Shown here one piece after another: positions 27,352 to 37,159 of a stretch of 64,000 nucleotides of DNA (the first letter of the stretch is position 1; each line of letters starts with the position of its first letter). The stretch lies in contig JAHFSD010000002.1 of NCBI GenBank assembly GCA_023265925.1, positions 2,569 through 66,568 of the forward strand, read 5' to 3'. The DNA is from an archaeon. Its GTDB lineage: Archaea > Nanobdellota > Nanobdellia > Woesearchaeales > GW2011-AR9. Under the pieces are notes generated by a model, which was not told the DNA's origin, made no database searches, and saw only the letters and a program-made list of their open reading frames with translations. A program made the translations under genes and the position numbers.

Positions 27352-28277
27352 TCATTCACAATAATTCCTATCTTTATCTTGTATTGTTCAATAAACTGCG
27401 AAAGCGAAATCCATTCTTGTTTTTCATTTCTGAGTTTTTCTAATGAGATTTGAGCATCATTTACCTGAATGATAATCTGTTCTCCATCTGCGTGGATTAC
27501 TTTCCCCCAGTTGTTTTCTGCAGGTATTTTCTCTGCCCTTCTTATCTGATCGATATAGAAATTTCTGTTATTGATGGTTGACGATGGTCGAATGAGCATG
27601 TTTTCCAGAGGATCAAAGTTAAGTCCTCGAATAAAATTATATATCTTCCCGCTCTCCCAGCGGTAAGACACTACTCCGTTATTGGGGGTGTCTTTTTTTT
27701 TATAGATTGTCCGTTCCGCTTTATTTTGCGGTGTGCCGGTTAGGCGCTGGTCTGTCACTATTGGGAGTACTTCCTTAAATGTATCAATACCATACTTGAT
27801 ACATTTCATAATGAGTTGCAGTGCGGTTTCGTGCTCGCCAATGGGAAATCTTCTTTGGGTGATAATATTTCCGCTGTCCACTCCGCAATCTACATAATGC
27901 CAGGTTATCCCATGTTCTGTTTCACCGTTCACAATCGCCCAGCTGCATACGTTTAGCCCGGCGTATTTTGGCAAAGGCCCATTGTGAAAATTGATGACTC
28001 CTAGGGGAGGGATATTTATAATTTCTTCTTTTAGCAACTGAAAGTTGTTTATGCTGAAAATAATGTCTGGTTTCAGTTCTTTTATCTTATTTGCTATTTC
28101 GTTAATGTTCTTCGTTTCTAGGGGGTGCATTGATTCCGGCACTTTGATGAGGGATTTGCCGATTAGGTTGCTTGCCGGTTCAGTTACAAATCCGATAATC
28201 TCCTGGCTGGCCTGGGCAATCTGTGCGCAATCAATGGCTACTTTCCCATTACCTATTATTAAAATTCGTTTTTTCAT
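27348..28277 (-). CDS. formyltransferase (Fmt/ArnA-N-like; probable sugar N-formyltransferase)
   Basis: INFHNGPLPKYAGLNVCSWAIVNGETEHGITWHYVDCGVDSGNII (Formyl_trans_N) plus a C-terminal domain. Confidence 0.8.
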   Translation of the reverse strand: MKKRILIIGNGKVAIDCAQIAQASQEIIGFVTEPASNLIGKSLIKVPESMHPLETKNINEIANKIKELKPDIIFSINNFQLLKEEIINIPPLGVINFHNGPLPKYAGLNVCSWAIVNGETEHGITWHYVDCGVDSGNIITQRRFPIGEHETALQLIMKCIKYGIDTFKEVLPIVTDQRLTGTPQNKAERTIYKKKDTPNNGVVSYRWESGKIYNFIRGLNFDPLENMLIRPSSTINNRNFYIDQIRRAEKIPAENNWGKVIHADGEQIIIQVNDAQISLEKLRNEKQEWISLSQFIEQYKIKIGIIVNE

Positions 28278-29886
28278 AATCTTCGTTTACTTTCATTCGG
28301 TCTATCTTTCCCGTCGTGGTTCGGGGAAGTTTTTCTACGATTTTAATCTCAGGAATCATATATTTTGGGAGCAGTGTGCTGAGCTCTTCCTGTATTTGCG
28401 CATGGTCCATACTCTTGCTCAGGGCAACGTAGGCAACGAGTTTTCCCGCTTCATGGATTTTTGAGAAAATGACGATGGCCTCTCGTACTGTTGGAAGGGA
28501 CTGCAAGGCTGCTTCAATCTCACCAAGTTCGATCCGATGGCCCATATATTTTATCTGATGGTCTTTTCTCCCCTTAAATAAGTAATTTCCATCTTCCTGA
28601 AGCTGCACCAGATCGCCACTCCAATAGACTTTATCATTCAGATTTGAAAACAAAGGATTCTTAACAAAATGCTCTTCCGTTTTTTGTTGATTATTCCAGT
28701 AGCCTGGACTGACACTCAATCCCCTCACATACAGCTCCCCTAGTTCCCCTACCCCGGCGATAGTCCCGTCCTCTTTTAAAGCAAAAACTTCCAGATGATC
28801 ACAAGCTTTTCCAATGGGAATATTCAAACTCAAATCGGTGGGGACTTTATCAATAATATAATAAGTACATTCCACCGTTGTTTCCGTAGGCCCAAACATA
28901 TTCACAAAAGTCTTTTGAGGAAAGAGGTTCATCCATTGCGCTAGAAACGGAGTAGGAAAAACCTCTCCGGTCGGAATAATGAGCCTTAATTGTGGTATCC
29001 TGGTGGGATTCAGGATATCCACTTTGGCGATGTACGTTAGGATACTGGGAACAGACATCCACACAGAAATCTCTTTCTGCTCCATAAATTGAACCAATCT
29101 TTCCGGAAAGGAATTCAATTCTGGCGGCACGAGAACCAATCGGGCCCCAGATTTAAATGTGGAGTACATATCAAAAGTGGAAAGGTCAAAGTGCATGGGG
29201 GCATGATTGGAAAGTATATCCTCCCTGGCGATGTGGAATTTAGGGACCACCCATTCAATAAAACTGATCACATTAGCATGGGTGATCATTACTCCTTTTG
29301 GTTTTCCCGTTGACCCGGAGGTATAGATTATGTATGCGAGATCGGATCCTTTATTTTCAAAGGGACGGGGTGTTTCTGGCTGTTGTAGCACTGCTTCTTC
29401 GGTGTATAGTTCCCCTTGGTGCTCTTTTTGGTATCTTTTCGTGTTAAAGTCCTGGGGCGAAAGAACAATTAGTTTAGGGAGGGGAGAATCGCCGTTTCTT
29501 CTCTGGAGTATGGAAAGAGTATGATCTAGAGTAGCAGTGTCACAGAGTACGACTGCTGGTGAGCAGTCTTCTACTATTTGTTGCAGTCTTTCAGGGGGGG
29601 AATGGGGATCTAGGGGAACGTAGCAACAATCAGCTTTCAATATCCCCAGGACAGATTTTATGGAATGGAGGGATTTATGGAGACAGAAAGCGATTCGACT
29701 GTTTTGCTGTATTCCAATATGAATAAGAAAGTGGGCAAGCTTATTACTGTAAGCATGCAATTCTGTATAGGTAATATTTTCCTCTTTGAAATTGACCGCA
29801 ACCTGGTTAGGGAATAGTTGTGCTGACTTCATAAAATATTCTTGAATTAAACGTACCATCTTACCTACTCCTGAAAGCCAGAGCAA
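28249..29886 (-). CDS. AMP-dependent synthetase/ligase (adenylation enzyme, DltA/acyl-ACP-ligase-like)
   Basis: IIYTSGSTGKPKGVMITHANV (A3 core), YGPTETT, GELGELYVRG. Confidence 0.8.
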   Translation of the reverse strand: MLWLSGVGKMVRLIQEYFMKSAQLFPNQVAVNFKEENITYTELHAYSNKLAHFLIHIGIQQNSRIAFCLHKSLHSIKSVLGILKADCCYVPLDPHSPPERLQQIVEDCSPAVVLCDTATLDHTLSILQRRNGDSPLPKLIVLSPQDFNTKRYQKEHQGELYTEEAVLQQPETPRPFENKGSDLAYIIYTSGSTGKPKGVMITHANVISFIEWVVPKFHIAREDILSNHAPMHFDLSTFDMYSTFKSGARLVLVPPELNSFPERLVQFMEQKEISVWMSVPSILTYIAKVDILNPTRIPQLRLIIPTGEVFPTPFLAQWMNLFPQKTFVNMFGPTETTVECTYYIIDKVPTDLSLNIPIGKACDHLEVFALKEDGTIAGVGELGELYVRGLSVSPGYWNNQQKTEEHFVKNPLFSNLNDKVYWSGDLVQLQEDGNYLFKGRKDHQIKYMGHRIELGEIEAALQSLPTVREAIVIFSKIHEAGKLVAYVALSKSMDHAQIQEELSTLLPKYMIPEIKIVEKLPRTTTGKIDRMKVNEDYEKTNFNNR

Positions 29887-30253
29887 AAGCCAAGGCTTTA
29901 TCTTTATCGTGAGACAAACTTATTTTTAGACAAAATTTCTCACTTTTTGTAGCGATTAGATTTACATAAGGTATTCCTTTTTTATCGTTATATATCTCAA
30001 TAGTATTTAAAGGTAGCTTAGTTGTGCCCAATACACTTAAAGCTTTTAGTACAGCTTCTTTTGCGGTAAATCTGACCGCCAGGTGTTGTGCCGGGTATTT
30101 TTTAGCAAAACAATACGAAAGCTCTTTTGGGGTGTAGATTCTTTGAAGAAAAGTCTTATCATGAGTCAAGTTCAGCTTCTGAAATCGCTGCAGGGATTCA
30201 ATATCAACGCCAACACCAACTTCCGGCATAAAACCAAGATTTTTATTTTTCAT
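29861..30253 (-). CDS. 4'-phosphopantetheinyl transferase (AcpS-type)
   Basis: VGVDIESL and SLSHDKDKALAFALA motifs; 130 aa. Confidence 0.65.
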   Translation of the reverse strand: MKNKNLGFMPEVGVGVDIESLQRFQKLNLTHDKTFLQRIYTPKELSYCFAKKYPAQHLAVRFTAKEAVLKALSVLGTTKLPLNTIEIYNDKKGIPYVNLIATKSEKFCLKISLSHDKDKALAFALAFRSR

Positions 30254-30394
30254 AGGATAAATCTTTATTTTTCCAAAATTATTTTTATATTACTTACTGG
30301 GCTTTTGCAGTTTTTAACATATAAAGAAGGGGGTATTAAAATGTAATGGAACACAGATAAAGTCAACTTATCGTCTGGATACGAAGTTCAAATC

Positions 30395-31819
30395 TCATAG
30401 TAGTTTTCTCCAGCTTTCTAGGATGATTGTTGTGGTACATTGTTGAATGTCCATAGCGGTGTGGAGGTAGCGAGTGGAAAGGTACCGCTGCAAGAACAGG
30501 TAGTTCTCCCGCTGTTGTTGAAGGTAGTCGTAGGGGTAGATTTTTCGTTCTATCGCGGTAATCTCTTTCCCGGCTTCTCGATTGATTTTCCCCCTTTTTC
30601 TTAATTTTTCTACTTCCAAATCAAGGAGATAGGTGAAATCTGGTTTAGGAAAGAGATGGAGGAGCGGCTTGATCAGGAAGCTGTTGCCGGCGTACGGATA
30701 TTGCCCGTACAGGTCATAAAAATAGCGGTCGGTGATGATGAGATTTCCTTGCCGGAGTTGTGGCCGGAGATGGCAAACGTACCGATAGTAAAATTCAAAA
30801 AAGAGATAGATGAAGAGCAGTTCCTGAAAGAGATCAAATTTTTTAGATTTAGTAACAAAGTTTATTTCTTGAAATAATTTTTTATCATTCTTCTGCAAAA
30901 TCCTGGAAAGTAGTTTCGTCAGTGGAAATTCCGGTTGCCAGCCAAAGTAGTACGATTGCTGTTTCTTGCCGAGATGCCGGGTAAGGGGCTGGTACTGTTC
31001 CAGTGTTTTTCGAGCAAGAGTGCTTTTGCCACTGCCATTGACGCCTATGAACGCAATCAGGCAGCCCCGGCGTTTCCACTGTAGAGGGCGGAAGATCTTT
31101 TGGGCGATTTTCATGCCCACATACGCGGCTGTTGCCGGTTCTTGAACTAATTTTTTTATCCAGGTAGCGGTAATGCTGCCAGGAGGAAGAGTCGGAGAAT
31201 CTTTATACTTTAGAACAGATACAAATCCTCCCTTCCATTTATGGTGAGTAAGTTGCTGCTGGAGGTACTTTCGGTCCATAGGCTTAAGATCCTTTTTGTC
31301 TCTTTTTGGATCACCATTTTTGCTCCTATTTTGATCCAAAAACTGATTTAAGAAGGGCCTTTCTTTCTCCGTCACCTTAAAATTCTCAAACAGCACATGG
31401 GCAGCATGAATCAAGATGGAATCTTCCAGGCTGGGCACAACAATCAGCGGGGTAACTATTTTCTTTCGTTCAAACACCCATTTTTTATCCAGTGCTTTTA
31501 TTCCATGCCAGGCAATCTCACGATGAAGATGAATGAAATGGAAAGTTTTTTCTTTGCCAATATCCGCAAATCCACAATACATCAATTTATACTTCTCAAA
31601 TCGTTCGGAAAAGCGGAGCGCCCAGCCTTGTTGTTCCAGCAGCCGCGCTGCCTGCCCGTAATCATCATCGGTTTCAAACAGAATATCGGCATTCTTATTC
31701 TCTCCCGCGAAAATATGCTCGCATTTAAAGAGAATGTAGCTCAATTTAGCCTGATGAAAGAGTTGCAGCACGTTCATAATTCCCGGGATGGTTTGCTGAT
31801 AGGAAGGGGTGGTAGTCAT
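30395..31819 (-). CDS. hypothetical P-loop NTPase/kinase-like protein (possible N-terminal nucleotidyltransferase-like region)
   Basis: Walker A IAFIGVNGSGKSTLARK in the C-terminal half; N-terminal 220 aa unassigned. Confidence 0.4.
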   Translation of the reverse strand: MTTTPSYQQTIPGIMNVLQLFHQAKLSYILFKCEHIFAGENKNADILFETDDDYGQAARLLEQQGWALRFSERFEKYKLMYCGFADIGKEKTFHFIHLHREIAWHGIKALDKKWVFERKKIVTPLIVVPSLEDSILIHAAHVLFENFKVTEKERPFLNQFLDQNRSKNGDPKRDKKDLKPMDRKYLQQQLTHHKWKGGFVSVLKYKDSPTLPPGSITATWIKKLVQEPATAAYVGMKIAQKIFRPLQWKRRGCLIAFIGVNGSGKSTLARKTLEQYQPLTRHLGKKQQSYYFGWQPEFPLTKLLSRILQKNDKKLFQEINFVTKSKKFDLFQELLFIYLFFEFYYRYVCHLRPQLRQGNLIITDRYFYDLYGQYPYAGNSFLIKPLLHLFPKPDFTYLLDLEVEKLRKRGKINREAGKEITAIERKIYPYDYLQQQRENYLFLQRYLSTRYLHTAMDIQQCTTTIILESWRKLL

Positions 31820-31822
31820 GAG

Positions 31823-32866
31823 TTATCGTCTTGCCGTTAGGGATGAATAAACGTGTTCATACTTCTGTAGGAACAGGAGGTGGGAAAAGTATTTCTCCGC
31901 CGTTTTCCGGCAATTTTGCTGATAGGAATGATAATGCTGTTGTAATTCTTTAATAGCTCTGGCCAGATCTTCAGGGGTAGGTTCAAACACCACACCACAT
32001 TTTTCATTTTTCACTATTTCAGCCATTTCAGTCTTGGTGGAAACCAGCAGGGGCTTTCCGGCCGCGAGACTTTCAATCGCCGAATTGGGAATAAGCTTCA
32101 GATAATTATCATATCGGGTATAGGGGATGATGGTGCAGTGGGTCAAGGCATATTGGTCATTCATTGGGGAACGAATACCCTGATGGCACTGGACATTCTC
32201 CAGCGCGTGCTGCTGAATTTCCCGTTGGATCTTGTCGTAGGCTCCTTTCCGCCACAGTAGCAGAAACTGTAGTTGTTTAGCTCCTTCCGCACAGTTCAGC
32301 AGCAGATAAATTCCCCGTTTGGCAAAATCTTCTGCTCTGGTCGGGCAGCTGGCATTGAGGATGGTGAACGGTCCGGTAGCAGATGTGTAGATAAAAGTTG
32401 CCAGATCAACTGGGGGATAAATAATTTCTATTTTCTCCAGGGAAATTCCCAGCGAAACTAACTCCTGCTGCTGTCGTTGTGATTCAACGATAATTTTTCT
32501 CAGCTGGGAAAGATATTTCATTCTTTTTTGTATCTTGGCCAGATGACAAGAAGCAGCAGCCGTCAGGATGGTGCGCCGCAAGTCCAGTACCGGCAGATAG
32601 GGGAAGTCGCCCAGTGAGGTATAAATATGGTTTAGATCACTGTTTCTGCTGAGCAGATAGGTCGAGGGCAGCAGCAGGGGATAATAGGCAAAGTGAAACG
32701 AACGGAGCGCTGAACTGAATTTTGTCGTCAACAGTCCATCGAGGTGAAGGTCATGAACTTTAACGGTATTATTCTGCGAAAAATGGTTTGCTAACAACTG
32801 CACTTCTTTAGAGACAGCTTCATACTCAGGACGATACCGCTGGACATAATAGGTTATTTTTTTCAT
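31823..32866 (-). CDS. GT-B fold glycosyltransferase / PseG-like candidate
   Basis: C-terminal LAAGKPLLVSTKTEMAEIV resembles the GT1 donor-binding region. Start set to MKKITYY to avoid overlap. Confidence 0.45.
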   Translation of the reverse strand: MKKITYYVQRYRPEYEAVSKEVQLLANHFSQNNTVKVHDLHLDGLLTTKFSSALRSFHFAYYPLLLPSTYLLSRNSDLNHIYTSLGDFPYLPVLDLRRTILTAAASCHLAKIQKRMKYLSQLRKIIVESQRQQQELVSLGISLEKIEIIYPPVDLATFIYTSATGPFTILNASCPTRAEDFAKRGIYLLLNCAEGAKQLQFLLLWRKGAYDKIQREIQQHALENVQCHQGIRSPMNDQYALTHCTIIPYTRYDNYLKLIPNSAIESLAAGKPLLVSTKTEMAEIVKNEKCGVVFEPTPEDLARAIKELQQHYHSYQQNCRKTAEKYFSHLLFLQKYEHVYSSLTARR

Positions 32867-32870
32867 AGGG

Positions 32871-33626
32871 TTATTTTTTCTGACAAAGCACCAGCCATTC
32901 ATAAGGGTTCTCAGATGGAAACTGTTCGAGAGAGTGTATCAATCGCTGTGCAGTCTTTTTGAATCCCAATAATTTTAAAGGGCGGGAAAAGAAAGCCTGG
33001 CTCCAGAAATGGTTAAGCAGGGGATATAGTTTCACAACCCGAAAACCATTTTTCTCCAGTTCTTTAATCAATTCTTCTCTTTGATAGAGTTGGTCATAGA
33101 CGATATAACGCTTCCTTCCCAGCACACACCGTAATGGTGAAACTATTTTTTTATTCATGGCTTCAAAAACAAGATATCCCCCGGGGCGTAAAGAACTAGT
33201 CGCTTGTCGATAGATCTTTTCCCGCTCTGGTTCCTGGAAGTGCAGCAGAAAACGAATACAGAACACCAGATCATATTCTGCCTTCAGGTCCAGGTTCTGG
33301 TTTAGGTTCAGGATATCTCCCTGCACAAAATTCCATTTCTTGCCGGCGTGCTGCATTCTCTTTTGCGCAAGGGCTAACATGCTTGCGCTCGAATCAATGC
33401 TGGTTCCTCCTGCTGTGGCTAATTCTGCGGTAACACGAGCGGGACCAGGAGCAAATTCCAGTATTTTCCGGCAGTTTTGTTCCCGAATGATCTGATTGAG
33501 TACCGCCACCTGCCGTTGATGTTCAATGACATTCAAAGGCTCGCTAAAACGTTTTCTGATATATTTCTCAGCGACGTCTTCCTGTTGATAATATCGCCGT
33601 ACTTCAGCGGAAGTCGTGACCTTCAT
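32871..33626 (-). CDS. class I SAM-dependent methyltransferase
   Basis: KILEFAPGPARVTAELA (motif I) and LRPGGYLVF (motif III-like). Confidence 0.7.
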   Translation of the reverse strand: MKVTTSAEVRRYYQQEDVAEKYIRKRFSEPLNVIEHQRQVAVLNQIIREQNCRKILEFAPGPARVTAELATAGGTSIDSSASMLALAQKRMQHAGKKWNFVQGDILNLNQNLDLKAEYDLVFCIRFLLHFQEPEREKIYRQATSSLRPGGYLVFEAMNKKIVSPLRCVLGRKRYIVYDQLYQREELIKELEKNGFRVVKLYPLLNHFWSQAFFSRPLKLLGFKKTAQRLIHSLEQFPSENPYEWLVLCQKK

Positions 33627-34858
33627 CGCGCGGCCTCATAGCGTTTTTGCAGTTGAGAGCTAACAACGGTAGGGGTATATTGATGAAGGGATTCTCGTCT
33701 TAGCCCAAAATAATTCCGACAATTTTTTTGGCAGGTTTGGAGAGCCTGATGCCAAGCTTCTACGTCTCCAGGAGCAACCAGCACACTCCCCAAAGGCATT
33801 ACCTCCGGAATCGCCCCAATCTTCGACGCCATCACCATTTTCCCCGCCGCCATTGCTTCCAGCGGAATCCGGCCAAATGGTTCCGGCCAAAGTGAGGGAT
33901 AGGCAACAATGTCGGCAGCGGCATACAGCTCTGGAACCTGCTCATAGGAAACCAGCGGATGAATTTCCGCATCCAGTCCATTCTGCACGATCATATCCTG
34001 CAGTTGTTCTTTCAGCACCCCGTCGCCATACAAGTCGCAGTGGCAATCCAGTCCTTTCAGCGCCTGCAGGAGAATCTGCGGCCCTTTGGATTCGATCAGG
34101 GCGCCCAGATAGAGTATTTTCAACTTTTGATTTTTCTCTCTTTTTTGATTTTTTTCTTTCCTGACAGAAGAGAATTTATCTGCTTCAATAATATTGGGGA
34201 TAACAGTCTGGCTCTGAAAACGATGCTGTGCTAATAAATTCTGAACATACCTGCTGATGGAAATCAGCTGGCAATGTCCAAGAGCCTTATTCAAGCGCCG
34301 GTAGTACCAATATATATACAGCAATAGTGGCAGGTTATATTTCAGATACCACTTATTTTTCATCTTGCCAATTTCCGGTGAATGTGCCTGACAAGGCAGA
34401 AACTTAGCTACAGAGCAGACTACTTTACATTCTTCCTTCCCGCGATACCAGCGGTCGCCCTTGGGACAGAGCGCCGGATAACTTTCAATCGTGGCAAACA
34501 AAGGCTTGTGGAGATGTTTTAATTTTGGGGCGGCAATCACGCTGGTTCCCTGGAAATGAATCAGGTCAATGGTGGTTTCCTTAGTCAATTTCCACACTTC
34601 CCGCACAATGGAGCTAGGGAAGAGCAGGCGGCGTTGAATGTTGCTGAGAAATCCAGAAGGGGTTACTCCTGTTTTCAGCCGGCGGTAGATCTTCACTCCT
34701 TCTTTTTCTTCATATCGTTCCAGACCGGGGAAGAACGAGGTCAAGACGAGTACTTTTTGGCCCTGTGCTGCCAGTCCTTTGGCTATTGAAGCCAGGTTTA
34801 TTTCCCCTCCGCCCAGGACTTTGGGTGGGTAATATTCGGAGATGAACAGGATGTTCAT
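33623..34858 (-). CDS. glycosyltransferase family 1 (GT4-like) with Cys-rich insertion
   Basis: YPSLWPEPFGRIPLEAMAAGKMVMAS; insert CPKGDRWYRGKEECKVVCSVAKFLPC. Confidence 0.8.
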   Translation of the reverse strand: MNILFISEYYPPKVLGGGEINLASIAKGLAAQGQKVLVLTSFFPGLERYEEKEGVKIYRRLKTGVTPSGFLSNIQRRLLFPSSIVREVWKLTKETTIDLIHFQGTSVIAAPKLKHLHKPLFATIESYPALCPKGDRWYRGKEECKVVCSVAKFLPCQAHSPEIGKMKNKWYLKYNLPLLLYIYWYYRRLNKALGHCQLISISRYVQNLLAQHRFQSQTVIPNIIEADKFSSVRKEKNQKREKNQKLKILYLGALIESKGPQILLQALKGLDCHCDLYGDGVLKEQLQDMIVQNGLDAEIHPLVSYEQVPELYAAADIVAYPSLWPEPFGRIPLEAMAAGKMVMASKIGAIPEVMPLGSVLVAPGDVEAWHQALQTCQKNCRNYFGLRRESLHQYTPTVVSSQLQKRYEAAR

Positions 34859-34891
34859 AGTTTAAATCGCTTAAAAGTAGGTATATAATAG

Positions 34892-36070
34892 TTATGGTCG
34901 AGTATTCTGGTGGTGATTCTTCTGGTCAAGAAGCTTCTGATAGATTCCTAAATACTGCCAAATGCTTTCTTTCCATTCAAACTTTTTTCGCGGCTGGTGA
35001 AGAAATTCCTTCCTAGCTATCTTCACCACCTTCTCTGCCAAATCCCGTACATCTTTACTTCGAAACACCTGATATTTCCCCCCCACAATTTCCGGCAGAG
35101 AACCGGCATCGCTGACCACCAGCGGCTTGTTCATGGCCAGCGCTTCCACGGCAGTATAGCCAAAGCCTTCGGCAAGGGAAGGAACAACGATACAATCTGC
35201 TGCCTGCACGTAATTCCGTAATTCTTCGTACGGTTGGGAATCCAGCAGCTGAATCTGCTCCTGCTTAATTTGATGGGAAAGAGTAAGCTCCTGAATCAAC
35301 CAACGTAATTCCCGATATTTTTGTGGATATTTCTCCCTTGAGCCGAGCATCAGCAGCAGCACGGAATCAGGAATCTGCTGGGCAATCAACGGAACCGCTT
35401 TAATCAGGTATTCAAAGCCCTTGGACGGCCCCGGCCGGCCCCAGGAAAAATAGGCAAATTTATGGTAGAGGTTATGCCGCTTCTTAATATCTTTAACGAC
35501 AGCAGCCTTGACTTTCTTTGGATTCCAGAATTCATAATCCAGCCCATTGTAGATGACCTCTACTTTTTCTGGCGCTATTTCCTGCCGAAGTAAATCGTCT
35601 TTAGTTGCCTGAGATACACAGATATACTGATCAAACGGCAGGCGGTAAATCAACCCTTCGAGAAATTCATGGAGGGCACTTTTCCAGCGAGGAAAGCCAG
35701 TAATTTCCCGCCACTTCCCCTGCCAGGCTTCATGTACCGTCAGGACAACCGGTTTTCCGGCAAGTTTGGCTGCCAGCCAAGCCGGAAAAGCGCCGTTAAA
35801 GGTGGTGGTTTGGATGAGATCATGTTTTCGGGCCAGGCGGATGGCGGCCGGGATAGAAAAAAAAGTGAAGAGGTAGCGGGAACTAAACGAAAGGATTCGT
35901 CGGACGGTAACTCCCCCAATCACGTCACTCCTGGCCGTTCCTTTCAGCCAATGGGTAAGAACGGTAGCAGCATGTCCTTCTTTCACCGATCCCTCGGCCA
36001 GGTTCTTAAACAGCACTTCGGCGCCGCCATAATGGGGGTGATAATTCTCGCAGACAAACAGAATTCTCAT
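34892..36070 (-). CDS. glycosyltransferase family 1 (GT4-like)
   Basis: VVPSLAEGFGYTAVEALAMNKPLVVSDAGSLPEIV. Confidence 0.8.
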   Translation of the reverse strand: MRILFVCENYHPHYGGAEVLFKNLAEGSVKEGHAATVLTHWLKGTARSDVIGGVTVRRILSFSSRYLFTFFSIPAAIRLARKHDLIQTTTFNGAFPAWLAAKLAGKPVVLTVHEAWQGKWREITGFPRWKSALHEFLEGLIYRLPFDQYICVSQATKDDLLRQEIAPEKVEVIYNGLDYEFWNPKKVKAAVVKDIKKRHNLYHKFAYFSWGRPGPSKGFEYLIKAVPLIAQQIPDSVLLLMLGSREKYPQKYRELRWLIQELTLSHQIKQEQIQLLDSQPYEELRNYVQAADCIVVPSLAEGFGYTAVEALAMNKPLVVSDAGSLPEIVGGKYQVFRSKDVRDLAEKVVKIARKEFLHQPRKKFEWKESIWQYLGIYQKLLDQKNHHQNTRP

Positions 36071-36414
36071 TTTTTTTCAACTTTCTGCAACGCGTCCTGC
36101 CGGACAAATTGCTCCAGTTTCCGCTCCATTCTCTTGACGGAACTGTAGTTGAAGAAGCCCAGGCCGAGCAGGACGAAAAATCCTATCACCACAAAAAAAT
36201 CTAGCCGGCGGTAAAAGCGCAGCGGGGCTATGATTGAATCAAGGGCAAAGGGGATGATTGCAATGACCACCAGCAGAATCCAGCCGGTGAACCAGATCAT
36301 TAACTCAGTTTTAGTAATCTCTTTTCGCTTGAATTTCACAAATGTAAAGTACATCATCCCTAAGCCAAAGATAACGCCGAGGAACTGAATCCAAAAAGTT
36401 GTGCTAAGTCCCAT
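36067..36414 (-). CDS. small integral membrane protein (DUF2304-like partner of Dol-P GT2)
   Basis: 115 aa with 3-4 TM helices, translationally coupled to the upstream GT2. Confidence 0.45.
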   Translation of the reverse strand: MGLSTTFWIQFLGVIFGLGMMYFTFVKFKRKEITKTELMIWFTGWILLVVIAIIPFALDSIIAPLRFYRRLDFFVVIGFFVLLGLGFFNYSSVKRMERKLEQFVRQDALQKVEKK

Positions 36415-37097
36415 TATTTAAATAACCTCCAGCCAATCATTTTGGCCACGATCATCAATCCATCCAAAACGGTTGTTCCTTTATATTTATCGCTGTAAAT
36501 TGTTTCAATGGGAATTTGGGTATACTTTAATCTTTTCTTGCCGGCTTTAATGACCATCTCCATCTCCACATAGTAATTCAGCGCCTCCCAGCGGATTTTC
36601 TGATAGGCCGCTGCGGTAAAAGAGCGGTAGCCGCATTGGCTGTCAGTGATGGTAATGTTATAGAGAGTGCTCAGGGTCTGGTTGATAACTTTGTTGCCCA
36701 CCAGCATCACTAACGGCATGGAATCCGGTACCGTTCGTGCGCCTAAAGCAATATCATGCTGCTGCAAGGCTGCCAGGAACTCTGGTATTTTGTTCGGATT
36801 ATGCTGGCCATCAGCATCCATCACCACCAGCCGCTCGGCACCCTGCTGTAAGGCGTACTCGCAGCCAGTTTTCAGTGCTGCTCCTTTGCCTAAATTAACC
36901 CGATGCCGAAGAACAGTTGCTCCGGTCTCTTCGGCCCGGCGAGCGGTGTCATCCTCTGAACCATCGTCCACGACGATGATGTTCTCGACGTGTTTCTGAG
37001 CAGCCCTGATCACCGGGCCAATTCGTTCACCTTCATTATGGGCCGGAATCACGACTGCGGTTGTCATGGAAACAGGATCACCACTACTTTTAGCCAT
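36414..37097 (-). CDS. glycosyltransferase family 2, dolichyl-phosphate hexosyltransferase-like (DPM1/AglD-like)
   Basis: VVIPAHNEGERIG...VVDDGSEDDT. Start set at MAKSSGD. Confidence 0.8.
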   Translation of the reverse strand: MAKSSGDPVSMTTAVVIPAHNEGERIGPVIRAAQKHVENIIVVDDGSEDDTARRAEETGATVLRHRVNLGKGAALKTGCEYALQQGAERLVVMDADGQHNPNKIPEFLAALQQHDIALGARTVPDSMPLVMLVGNKVINQTLSTLYNITITDSQCGYRSFTAAAYQKIRWEALNYYVEMEMVIKAGKKRLKYTQIPIETIYSDKYKGTTVLDGLMIVAKMIGWRLFK

Positions 37098-37159
37098 AGG
37101 AATCACACGGCGGAAAATTGCTTTATAAAAATTGTGGAAGTATTCCTGTTTCCGGCCCC

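Noticed and set aside
30350-30394. GTTCAAATC T-loop-like motif suggesting a tRNA
   Set aside because: Flanking sequence cannot form a T-stem or acceptor stem; no cloverleaf could be built.
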